DNA of 64,000 bases, taken from positions 32,437,208-32,501,207 of the forward strand of contig OZ316891.1 in NCBI GenBank assembly GCA_973895155.1. The letters run 5' to 3'. This DNA comes from Marsupella aquatica (taxonomy: Eukaryota; Plantae; Marchantiophyta). Made by a program: the position numbers and the translations under genes. Below the pieces are notes generated by a model, which had not been told where the DNA came from, did not search any database, and saw nothing but the letters and a program-made list of their open reading frames with translations. Positions within the stretch are counted from its first letter, which is position 1; each line of letters starts with the position of its first letter. Below, in pieces: positions 24,750 through 34,788 of this stretch.

Positions 24750-24899
24750 GTAAAAACATTGACAGCAAACGTGTGTTTCAAAGAAATAGATCATGTACGC
24801 ATTCAGAAATACAATGCAAACACGGGAGTAGAACCGGAAATTTAGGCTTGGTCTTCTAAATTCAAAATCAATGACACCGAGGTAAAAACGAACGGCTAT

Positions 24900-25492
24900 G
24901 CCGTTCATATACAAAATGTTACATTACACTAGAAATTCGGCATACGATGAAGGAACCGTATGGGTTTTCTATCGGAAGAAAAGAGTGAAAACAAATCCTA
25001 TCAACCTCGGTGGATCCTCCAAGTCTCTCCAGCACTCAAACGATACGCTCTGACAACGTGAAATCAGTCTTCCCACCAACTTGGCTTGTACGCATCGGAG
25101 TCGTCATTCGAATCGCTCGATCCATACCACGCAAATCCTCGCCTGCTCGGTGATGAGTCCCCGCTCGAAGAATGATCACTCTCAGTAGATGAAGAAGATA
25201 CGGAGACTCTCGTGCAGATAGTGTCGGCTCTTGGACGGCCGACTGAAGCAGTGGCGATATCCCTAGCGGGAACAGAAGTTGGGCCGCTCGTATTTGGCCG
25301 ACTGGATCCTTTGCTGCGGCCCACAGTTGGGACATTCTTTGTCTTTGAGATGAGTTTCCCCTTCTTTGAGATTGGAACCGTTGTCCTCTCGGCATTCAAC
25401 CAAGGCGGTAAGCTATTTGATACGGGGGTCTCCCGGTCTGTGTCACTCGGGGGAAGTGCCTCCTCCTTTGCCTTCCCTCGTGGAGGTACCAT
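24900..25492 (-). pseudogene. Possible small Ser-rich accessory ORF in family M copy 3
   Basis: MVPPRGKAKEE...SSSSTESDHSSSGDSS...YKPSWWED, then stops; no recognisable domain. Confidence 0.3.
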
Positions 25493-25953
25493 TGAAAGTG
25501 AGGAAGAGGACGACAAAAAGAAGCGCGAACGAGAATGTGAAGGAGGACAACAGCGTGAACTAGGACGAGAATGAGAAACAAGGATGAGAAGGAGAACAAT
25601 AACGCGCACGAAAGCCAAAAAGAACAACTGGGCCCGAAAGTGATAACGGGAACCACGCGCCCGAAAGATGAGGCACAACTGCGACTCAATCAAGAATGGC
25701 TTGACAATGAGGACATCCGAGGGGAACGACTAGATATAAGGAGAGTTCGCACTTGGTCCTGGGTACCCACTTCAAAGAGGCCCCTCTGATATAACTTTCG
25801 TGGACGCTTCCTCTCTGACACATTTGGACCCGGGCGGATCGGATTCACGAAGATCCAGTGGAGATCTTCAAGCGTGCCAACTTAATTACTCGTACTGTAT
25901 CACGTTATTGTACTTATCCTTCCATTGAATGTTTTCAAGTCCATTGAAATAGG

Positions 25954-26097
25954 TAGCGCCAGGCGCTATTATTTATTGCCTTCGTACTCCTCACCCAAGA
26001 ATGTTTGCACCCAGAGGTAGCACCAGGCGCTATTATTATTGGCATTTGTAGTCCTCACCCAAGAGTGTTTTACACTTAGAGGTAGCGCCAGGCGCTA
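25954..26097. repeat. ~65-bp tandem repeat x3, each unit carrying the 15-bp palindrome, upstream of the transposase
   Basis: Palindromes at 25954, 26018 and 26083; shared TCCTCACCCAAGA...AGAGG context. Confidence 0.85.
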
Positions 26098-26272
26098 GTA
26101 ACTATGAACCCGAATCCTGCCGTTGGTAAGACGACAAAACGTCATTGATGGAGTGCGTCCAAATCCACAACAACTCTATAATGAGAATCGAACGTTTACT
26201 TCTCGTACTCGGATCTCATGATAAACATATTTCATTTCGCGCGGGGCAAATGCATATCCCTCTTTTGAAGCC

Positions 26273-27422
26273 ATGGCTCAAAATATCGTTGTCACGAGGA
26301 AGGACACTCGGGATGTAATCACAATTCCCGTCCTTGAATCATCTGAATCAAAGCGTGTTTCAGAGGAATATTTGGGAGTGAGATTTGATGTCCCCAAGGA
26401 GTCTATTTTAGCAATCTCGTTAGTGTCGGTTTGTTTGGGGGAGACTCCAGTTTTCTACGATGTTGTTCATGGTCAAAGATATTGGACTCTGGAGGCTCCG
26501 AAAGAATATGAGGTTTTTGTTTTGAGAGATTTTGGGGCCTCCTATACTCGTCCTCCCACAGCGGCTAAACTCGATGTCATCAAACTCTCGGAAAGTTCTG
26601 GAGATGATAAGCAAGCGACAACTACTCTCGGAGAGAAGATTCCACTTTACCCATTCGAGGTTAAAAAGGAGTCTAATGCGGATTGAGAAAAGATTGGGCC
26701 TTTGAATGTGTACCGGCAGAGTGCAATGGATACAATCTTGAAATCCAAAGGTCATAGTGAATTGTCTCGGTTTATAAGGGGGAGTGATTTTGTTCATCAT
26801 GTAGTGCCTAGTCTTCCCACATCTTACAATGGGAATGTGGTTTTTGAGTTACCCCCTGTAGACTGTGTGAACGCAAAAGGTGAACGTTTGAAAGATATGG
26901 ATCGTGGTAAGGATTGTTATTATTGGACTCGGATTGTAAAAACGTCTTCAAATGTTCTTCCAAAGAAAATGTGGGATTTCGGGAAAGTCCAGTGTATGGG
27001 ATCGCTGCAATGTCGAAATAATGCTTGTCCGTGGTGGAAAGACAACAAGTTTTGAAATAATGAGATGTGGGCAAGAACCCCAAAACTTTCGGGCCCATTC
27101 CGAGTTGGGGAATTGATCTCCGAAGGTGGAGTTGTTTGTCACCATTGCTCCGAACCTCCGATGTGCGTTGAGGCCTGCCCTGCTCTAATGTTCTACATGT
27201 ATCCATCTGCAAAAGTTGGCGTGAAGTCTTTGGCCTAGATGTCGTGACTAGCTGTTCATATGGGATTTCACAATCATCCCAGTCGACGGGTCTTTTTGAG
27301 GGAGGCAGAAAAGGTTGCAAGGTCTCATCTGGAGAAGGGATTCACTGCAAACCCCATGGCATCCCCAGCAGGGATTAAAAACTTTGCGACTGAGACACTG
27401 ACGAATACATTTTGCGAGGCCT
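26273..27422 (+). pseudogene. MULE-like transposase N-terminus (GCM/WRKY-like region), interrupted by LTR A
   Basis: YNGNVVFELPP...DMDRGKDCYYW...GKVQCMGSLQCRN...HMGFHNHPSR, homologous to 15776-17008; in-frame stops. Confidence 0.75.
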
Positions 27423-30400
27423 TGTGGTGCGTCCCATGGCTCCCTAAACCCAAGAAACCCCCCAGCTCAAGCCGATTCCCGTAGGTTTCGTGCTTGGCGA
27501 GGCCGTTTCCGCGGCTTAGCGGCATGGGACGCTGCTAACCTTCTACTACTACTATTAACATTTTACACACATATACTGGACAGATCCTTCATCGGGTCAT
27601 GAGATACGTAGCCGGCCTAATATAGGCCTTCCCCTGTCTTCCCCTATCTTCCCCTCCGTCTTGTTAGGTATGTTTGGATTCCGCCGCCGGAATGATCCCC
27701 AATAGGCTTGGTTAAGCCGCTAAGACCTCTCTCAGCTCGACACATCCAACTCTCACTCCCCTGCTTACTTTCCTTCCTTCTGTTGATGTGGGCACTCTTC
27801 ACACAAGTTAATGCGACACACAAATAGCAAAATGACTCATTCTGACTGAGTCATACCATGCACTTGCCATACAAACAGTACATCTCATACACAAGTTCTG
27901 CGAACTAAGCCGTGAGGCCAACTCTATTCAGCTCTTAGGCATGAGTAAACATGAATATACACAAGGGTCACTGTATGACTAACCGAGAGCTTCTCGTACT
28001 ACTTGATCCCAGCCCGGCTGGTGCAAACTAAAAACTTGCTAAAGAAGAGGCCCTGAGCTCCCCGCTGCCCAGGTACTTATCCTGGTAGTGGATCCGCCAT
28101 TCTTTGCATCGTAAGCCTAATCTACCTGACAGTAATCTACTTGCCCGAATCTACCTATGTACAGCAAGGCAGGAGCACAAGTGTTGCTCCTACCAGTGGG
28201 ACCGCAATCCCACTAAGCTAAGTGTCAGGGCCGCTCCTGGTTCTGATCCTAATCCTAAACGTGGAGATCTGCGCCCGCCCTGCCCACTCACGCCTCCTCC
28301 CTCCACGTCCGCCCTCCCTAAAAGGAACGGCGCCCTTGCACCGTCACGACACCGGTGGTGGATCCTCAATGGACGCCCCCAACACTTCCTCCTCAGCCAC
28401 TGCCGTTGGCCCGCCTACTGACAGATTACCTGCCCTTGACCGAGTCAACTCTCCATCGGCCTGACTGGGTCCACCTTCGGCTTCAGCCTCGACACCGGCC
28501 TCGGCAATACCCACGGCTTCGGCCTCAGCCACTCCCACGGCTTCGGCCTCCCCTTCCCCTAGGGTAGTTGGATCCTTAGCCGTGACCCTGTCTGGGGTCG
28601 GTGCTGGGTCTACCTCCTTGATCACCACGGCCTGTGAAGTCGTATTACTCCTTGACCCTGAAGGTTTCCGCTTCTTCTTCGTTGGTGGCTCGGCAGCTGG
28701 TCCCTTCCCCTTCCCACTTACTTCCGGCACTGGTGCAGTTGGCGCGGCTTGTCCTTCGGCAATTACCACCCCTGGTAACTGGTTTGTCCCAACGGGAGAT
28801 GGACCTGCTGCAGCTAAGCATTTAAATACTACGGCTTGTTTCTTCAGCCGCTCTGTTTGGTTGTCGGCCCGCCGCTGTAGGTTCTCCATCTTCCTCGTGA
28901 TTTCCTCCAACTCCTCTTGGGTTTCATCCAGGTCCTTACGTGCCCCCTCCAGCTCGTTTTTGGCCTCCTCCTGCTCCCTGTGGGCTTCCTCCAATTCCTT
29001 CTTCAAGGTAGCCCTCTCCTCCTGGGTTGCTCTTAGCTCCTTGTCGAGCTCTGCAATGATGACAGACTCCATCTGGTTCATCTTGGCGTAAGTCTGTTCG
29101 AGCATCTCGTCCTTCTCCCTTAGGTCGGCCTTGAAGCTGGCCGTCAGGGACGCAAGCTCCTGCTGCAGCGCCATAATCCCTTGATAGGATTTCCCTAACT
29201 CGACCTCCTTCTGCTCAAGGGCTCCGCGGATTTTCTCGAGCTCCCCTTTCAACGCCCATTCCTTTCTTTGGGTCTCCGCCATGGCCCGGCTATTGGCTGT
29301 TATGTGGGCCTCCTCTGTATTCTTCAGCTCTTGCTTCCACTTCTCCCTCTCTTTGATCGTGTCGGCCAACTCTTCCTGCATCTGAGTCAGTTTATCCTTG
29401 ATATTCTGATTATCAGCCTGCGCGGTGTCCAACTGCCCCTGCATGATGTTCAGCTCATGTCGTTTAATCCGCAGTTCATCTTGGGCTTTCTTGGCCGCCC
29501 TTAGATCTTCAATCTCGGCTTCCATCCTCCTAAGCCGCCGAATGACCTCGTCCTTCTTGCTTCTCTCTAAAGCCACCGCTTCTTCTAATTGGTGCTTCTC
29601 CAACTGCTCCCTATGGAAAAAGGGTCCTACCTCCAACTCCTCTCCAAAGATGCCGAGCGCAAGTTCCCCACACATCTCACCATACTCCATGGCTCTATTC
29701 TTAGCGTAGGTGGAGTAAGTAGAAGTGATCGGCATCGCCCATCGTGGCCTCTGCTCCCAAGCCGTCCTGCGGATCTCTTCAATTGTGGCTAGAGGTTTGC
29801 TTCCTTTTTCGGCTAGCCGCCTGATGTCCTCCGGCCAATCTCCTCCTGGTAAATCCTTTTCCTTAGCCAGGGCGGCCTCTTCCTCCTGCTTGATTCGCTC
29901 CTGAAATTCCTGCACCGTCTGTTTTATGCCGTCGAAGCTCGGGGGAGCAACATCTGGTGGGGGAGACTCAGGGCTACTCTGCTGGTTGGGGTCCCCTCGC
30001 ACTACCCTTGGAAGTGTGGGGACAAACCGGCCACAGGCCCTTACTCCTGGAACGTGATGGTCCGACCCATAGCCGGAATTATCATGGCTGCAGTCCTCCA
30101 CTGCCTCCTCTACCTCTTGGACGTCCGGCTTCTCCCTCTCCTCTTCGTCGGTAGGAGCTTCAGGCAATTCTGCCTCAGATTCGGAGCTTGAGGTTCCCAC
30201 GTACATTCGAACACCTGGCTTGGATTCCGGCCTGATTCTCTCCTTGTCTCCAGCAAAGGGGTTTTCTCTTGTGAGCCGGTGTAGGCCTACCTCTGTAGTA
30301 GTGTCCTGCATTGTTGCCGTTGCCGTTGTTGTTGCCGATGCCGATTTCTTTTCTTTCTCCAGTAGTTTCAGCAGACTCTGCATGCCTGGTTGCTGCATCG

Positions 30401-32058
30401 GCAAGTCTTCCTTCCTGGGCCTAAACACCTGCTCGATCGTAGGACTAACAGGTGGTTGAGGCTTCTCAGCCAACGGCCTCGGCGTTGGAGCTTCCTCGGG
30501 TGCCCTTACCTGCAGGGGAAGTACCGGGGCAAAAGTCTGACCTCTGGCATACCGGCACAACAGCGGCATGTGATAGCCAAGCCGCGACACGCTCCCCATG
30601 CCGATTACCTGCTGCTCCTCCTTTAAGATCTTCTTCAATTGGTTGAGGAGGTACCCGTTGTAGTCCCGGCTTGGGTCTGGCCTTTCTGCCAGATAGACCT
30701 GTGCCTTGCCGATCTCTGCCCTCGGCAAGTTACAATGCATGGTCACCCGCAAGAAGTCGATCATCTCTCCTATGTGCGGGTTGGTGCAGGTGTTCCGGAA
30801 GAAGCCATTCTTCGTTGATGGCCCGGGGAACGACCGGAACTCCTTGTCAGGCAAGGTCTTCCTGGTATCAACTTTGGTCTTATTGCCTATCGGCAAGCCA
30901 AACACTTCGGCAATTACCTTGGGAGTAAGATAGAAATCCTTCCCATATATCCTCGTGCAATTGGTCTCGGGTTCCCATGACCCCACGAATTCTAATAGGT
31001 CTGACTCCGGTACCTCCGGCTTCAGCCATGGTAATCTTACAAAGGCCTCCAAGCCGGATCCGGCCATGAAGCCTTGGTACTTCTTGGTCTGCATGGCCGT
31101 AAAGCATGCATCCTCCTCCCGTGCAAAATGTAGTTGCACCTCCACCGGTAGGGTTGCCGCCCAGCCCTTCCAGGTGTCATCCCTGGTTGGAATGGCCTTG
31201 ATGGGATCGACCTCCTCCTCTTCGGCTTCTCCCTGCCTCCTGCTCTGCTGCTCGGCTGGCCTCTTTGGTGCCGCCGACCTCGTTCTTTTTGCCGGGGTGG
31301 CTTCATCGTTGACGGCTCCCTTCCTCTTCATCTCTGCTGCCGTGGAGGTTTCTCCTAGCACCGTTGCCTGGGTCCACCTTTCCGTGCTACCCTTTAATTC
31401 CCAGTGTATGTCGTTGCAGTTCTTGATGGCCTCTCGGATGCCGACGACGCTGTCTTTGCAAAACAGAAGATCGTCGAGTTGATTGGAAGTAGGCGTCCAC
31501 AGGAACTCGTCCTTGATGAGTTCGCCTCCTAAGAAAGCCGTCTTCTGCAGCTCCCACAATCGAGCGAGCTCCTGCCGTTCTCGAGCTGCCCTTTCTGACT
31601 CCTCGTCCTCGTAAGTCTTGATGTACTCAGTTGCCCGTTCGAACAGGCATCCCCGGAAATGTGCCGCTTGATTGACGTTGCTCATACCCTCCTTAGGTTG
31701 ATCGTCGGTATCTACTCTCTCCCCGAGTGCTTGCCTAAGCAGCTGACAGTAGTTGGCCTCCCGTAGTCGTCTGCCTAGTTCGTGCTCGCAAATGAGCCAC
31801 CATCTCCTGCAAGCGCTCCTTACCCCTCTCCTCTGCCGGTCCTTCTTCCCGTTGATCCTTCCTAGCCGCCGACGCTTAACGCGCCCTAACCCTAATCGGG
31901 TTTTCACCCTCAGCCTTACCTCCGGCCTCTGCCCGGGTTCCATGGTTGCCCCTAATTGTTTATATTTTCCTTGTTTTGTCCCTATACTAAGGTGTTCCTA
32001 GGGTGCCTTCCTGCTTTACCCACTTAACCGGCCGAGTGATTCCTGTCTAGGCATCACA
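27423..32058 (-). repeat. LTR A (3' LTR, 4636 bp)
   Basis: TG...CA ends, adjacent PPT, repeated at 38283-42617. Confidence 0.85.
28344..31943 (-). CDS. Intact LTR-encoded accessory protein (1199 aa, or about 1113 aa from MSNVNQ): PMD/plant-transposon-like domain + long coiled coil
   Basis: Uninterrupted ORF. GLEAFVRLPW...LLEFVGSW...IYGKDFYLTPKVIAEVFGLP resembles plant mobile/transposon accessory domains; E/K/R-rich heptad region in the C-terminal half. Confidence 0.8.
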   Translation of the reverse strand: MEPGQRPEVRLRVKTRLGLGRVKRRRLGRINGKKDRQRRGVRSACRRWWLICEHELGRRLREANYCQLLRQALGERVDTDDQPKEGMSNVNQAAHFRGCLFERATEYIKTYEDEESERAARERQELARLWELQKTAFLGGELIKDEFLWTPTSNQLDDLLFCKDSVVGIREAIKNCNDIHWELKGSTERWTQATVLGETSTAAEMKRKGAVNDEATPAKRTRSAAPKRPAEQQSRRQGEAEEEEVDPIKAIPTRDDTWKGWAATLPVEVQLHFAREEDACFTAMQTKKYQGFMAGSGLEAFVRLPWLKPEVPESDLLEFVGSWEPETNCTRIYGKDFYLTPKVIAEVFGLPIGNKTKVDTRKTLPDKEFRSFPGPSTKNGFFRNTCTNPHIGEMIDFLRVTMHCNLPRAEIGKAQVYLAERPDPSRDYNGYLLNQLKKILKEEQQVIGMGSVSRLGYHMPLLCRYARGQTFAPVLPLQVRAPEEAPTPRPLAEKPQPPVSPTIEQVFRPRKEDLPMQQPGMQSLLKLLEKEKKSASATTTATATMQDTTTEVGLHRLTRENPFAGDKERIRPESKPGVRMYVGTSSSESEAELPEAPTDEEEREKPDVQEVEEAVEDCSHDNSGYGSDHHVPGVRACGRFVPTLPRVVRGDPNQQSSPESPPPDVAPPSFDGIKQTVQEFQERIKQEEEAALAKEKDLPGGDWPEDIRRLAEKGSKPLATIEEIRRTAWEQRPRWAMPITSTYSTYAKNRAMEYGEMCGELALGIFGEELEVGPFFHREQLEKHQLEEAVALERSKKDEVIRRLRRMEAEIEDLRAAKKAQDELRIKRHELNIMQGQLDTAQADNQNIKDKLTQMQEELADTIKEREKWKQELKNTEEAHITANSRAMAETQRKEWALKGELEKIRGALEQKEVELGKSYQGIMALQQELASLTASFKADLREKDEMLEQTYAKMNQMESVIIAELDKELRATQEERATLKKELEEAHREQEEAKNELEGARKDLDETQEELEEITRKMENLQRRADNQTERLKKQAVVFKCLAAAGPSPVGTNQLPGVVIAEGQAAPTAPVPEVSGKGKGPAAEPPTKKKRKPSGSRSNTTSQAVVIKEVDPAPTPDRVTAKDPTTLGEGEAEAVGVAEAEAVGIAEAGVEAEAEGGPSQADGELTRSRAGNLSVGGPTAVAEEEVLGASIEDPPPVS

Positions 32059-34785
32059 TAGCTCCCCACTTAATTGTGAAGCGTCCTCGCGAACAACTTC
32101 ATCTTCGTTCATATAGTATTTCTTGAGGCGGTCATAATGGATGCGAACTGGATATACCTCTCCCGTAATGTTGGCCAATTGTACGGAGCCATTGGGGAAC
32201 ATCATGGTTACTCTAAAGGGTCCTAACCAGCGAGTGTAAAGCTTTCCTGGAAACCTACTATACCTACTGTCATAAAGTAGCACAAGATCACCGGTATGAA
32301 TACTAACTACTTTTAACCTTTTATCATACTGCTGCTTCATGATATTCTGTCTATATTCTACTCTCTCGGCTGAAATCATTCTCGCTTCCTCTAAAGCTTC
32401 TAACCTATATTCTCGCTCCTTTAGGCTCTCCTCCGCTGAGGCTCTTTCCTCAATTGTAACTTGAAATGTCGGTATCTCAAGTTGCATGGGTACCAGGGCT
32501 TCTTGTCCAAAGGTTAAGAAGAAGGGTGTATGACCGGTAGTGGATTTATAGGCAAGATTGTAAGCAAAAACAGCAGCAAACAATTTATCATCCCAATCGA
32601 GTTTGTTCTGAGCTACTGTCTTGTTCAATATCTTTCCTATGATTCCGTTTGCTCGTTCTGTCAACCCGTTTGCCTTTGGATGGTAGGGAGTAGTAGGCCT
32701 ATGTTTAACTAAATACTGCTCATTTAAACGACTAATTATATCATTCAAAAAATGGGTTCCTCTATCACTAACTAATTCTAGGGGTGCTCCATACCTGGTG
32801 AAGATCTGCTCATACATGAATCTAGCCGTAGTAATTGCATCATCCTTCGTTGTTGGTCTGGCCTCTACCCATTTAGTTGCATAATCCGTAGCCAGGATTA
32901 TGTACTTGTTCCGTCGAGGGTGGGTCAGTGGTTTCAGAGGTCCAATGTAATCAATACCCCACTTCTCGAATGGTGCCAGAGGTAGAATAGGGTGCAGTGG
33001 ATGCCTGGTGGACGCCCTTGGTCCTCCCGCTCGTTGACAAGGATCGCATTGTTTGATAAACTGATAGACATCTTTGTGCAAGGTGGGCCACCAGTAACCG
33101 GCATTTAATATCTTCTTAGACGTGGTTACTGGGGCAAAATGTCCTCCGGCCTCCTCTCCATGCATGGCCCGTAGGACTCGTTTTACCTCTCTCTTCTCCA
33201 AACACCTTTGAATCGTGCCGTTGATTCCATGCTTGTGCAGTATGCCTTTAATGCACTGATACTGTCTGACCTTCCGCACAAAGACTGCGGCTTGCTCTCG
33301 GCTTAATCCTGGCTGTAATCTGGAAGTGCTGAGAAATTGTAAAATCTCAGGGTACCATGTACCAGCTATTTCCACAACGAATAGATCCTCGTCGGGGAAT
33401 CGATCATCGATGCAATCCGTGGCAGGTTTACCTGTGATCCTTGAAAAGAAGTCGGCATTGGCATGTAACTTTCCTGGCTTGATCCTCAGCTCATAGTCAA
33501 ACTCCTGTAATAGCAAAATCCATCTTGCTACTCTGCCTGTAAGGTCCGGCTTATTGACTAGGTACTTCAAACTTTCATGATCAGTATGAAAGATTACCTT
33601 GTACCCTAGTAAATAATGCCTAAACTTTTTACAAGAATAAATGACTCCTAATGCTTCTCTTTCCGTGGTAGAGTAGTTCCGTTCGGCATCGGCAAGCTGA
33701 CGGCTTGCGAAGTATATGGGATGGTCCCTTCCTTTCTCATCCAACTGACTTAGTACTGAGCCAATACAGAAGCCCGAGACATCTACAAAAACATGAAAAT
33801 CTTTGTTCCAGTCCGGTGCTATCATGACTGGGGCCTCTACTAACATCTGCTTCAATTCTACCACCGCTGTGACTCGTTCGGGTGTGGGTTCGAAGTCTGC
33901 TCCTGCCTTGAGCATATTGGTTAATGGTAAAGCTAGCTTGGCAAAATCCTTGATGAACCGGCGATAGTAACCAATGCATCCCAAGAAGGATCTTACATCC
34001 TTTATGTTCTTAGGTTGCATGATATCTAGCCATACTGCTAGCTTACCTTTGTCAATCTCAATGCCCTTCCTTGATACCTTGTGACCTAGTAGCACCCCCT
34101 CGGTTACTGCAAAAAAACATTTATCTGGGTGTAACTTGAGACCCACCTCCCTACATCTCATGAAGGTTTTCCTGAGGTATTTAGCATGTTTCGATGCCTT
34201 CCCGAATACTGCAAAGTCATCAATGAAGATTTCCATGAACTTTCTCAAGTAATCATGAAAAATGTTCACCATTAATCGTTGGAACATAGCTGGTGCGTTG
34301 CAGAGTCCAAACGGCATACGATTGAAGACATAGATCCCCCATTCCGTGATGAAGGCCGTCTTGATTTGGTCTTCCTGCCGAATCCTGATTTGGTTATAAC
34401 CAGAGTATCCATCCATGAATGAATATAGTTCATGACTGGCTACCATGTCTAGTACCATATCAGTAAACGGTAAAGGAAAATGGTCTTTTAATGTTGCTTC
34501 ATTCAGCTTCCTGTAATCTTGACAAACCCGGATCTTGGGTTTACCATCGGGTCCAGCTTTCTTGGGAACTATCACAATTGGAGACACCCAGTCTGAATGC
34601 AGGACTGGAGTGATGAATCCAGCTTCCACTAGTTTGTCGATTTCTGTTTTGACCAGCAGGGAATACTTCGGGTTCATCCTTCGAATTGGTTGTCGAAATG
34701 ATTTGGCTCCTAACATGAGATCAATTCGATGTTCCCCTAGTGTTGGATCTACGCCCTTTAGATCTTGGTGACTCCATGCAAACAC
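32047..34785 (-). CDS. pol: Gypsy pol RT-RNase H-integrase (separated from the protease region by a TAG at 34789)
   Basis: Same motifs as 7669-10407; copy 1 has CAG at the equivalent of 34789. Confidence 0.95.
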   Translation of the reverse strand: MFAWSHQDLKGVDPTLGEHRIDLMLGAKSFRQPIRRMNPKYSLLVKTEIDKLVEAGFITPVLHSDWVSPIVIVPKKAGPDGKPKIRVCQDYRKLNEATLKDHFPLPFTDMVLDMVASHELYSFMDGYSGYNQIRIRQEDQIKTAFITEWGIYVFNRMPFGLCNAPAMFQRLMVNIFHDYLRKFMEIFIDDFAVFGKASKHAKYLRKTFMRCREVGLKLHPDKCFFAVTEGVLLGHKVSRKGIEIDKGKLAVWLDIMQPKNIKDVRSFLGCIGYYRRFIKDFAKLALPLTNMLKAGADFEPTPERVTAVVELKQMLVEAPVMIAPDWNKDFHVFVDVSGFCIGSVLSQLDEKGRDHPIYFASRQLADAERNYSTTEREALGVIYSCKKFRHYLLGYKVIFHTDHESLKYLVNKPDLTGRVARWILLLQEFDYELRIKPGKLHANADFFSRITGKPATDCIDDRFPDEDLFVVEIAGTWYPEILQFLSTSRLQPGLSREQAAVFVRKVRQYQCIKGILHKHGINGTIQRCLEKREVKRVLRAMHGEEAGGHFAPVTTSKKILNAGYWWPTLHKDVYQFIKQCDPCQRAGGPRASTRHPLHPILPLAPFEKWGIDYIGPLKPLTHPRRNKYIILATDYATKWVEARPTTKDDAITTARFMYEQIFTRYGAPLELVSDRGTHFLNDIISRLNEQYLVKHRPTTPYHPKANGLTERANGIIGKILNKTVAQNKLDWDDKLFAAVFAYNLAYKSTTGHTPFFLTFGQEALVPMQLEIPTFQVTIEERASAEESLKEREYRLEALEEARMISAERVEYRQNIMKQQYDKRLKVVSIHTGDLVLLYDSRYSRFPGKLYTRWLGPFRVTMMFPNGSVQLANITGEVYPVRIHYDRLKKYYMNEDEVVREDASQLSGELCDA

Positions 34786-34788
34786 ATC

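Larger units (their letters stand above)
19461..27422. mobile_element. Mutator-like family M copy 3 (left terminus, ParB-MTase gene, 5' part of transposase)
   Basis: Starts with a GGGGG...TGACAG(CAAACAG)n terminus inserted into the copy 2 transposase; 14 palindromes; cut by LTR A at 27423. Confidence 0.75.

Noticed and set aside
28344-31943. Host SMC/myosin gene or retroviral envelope
   Set aside because: No ATPase motifs, signal peptide or clear transmembrane segment; four copies lie within LTRs.
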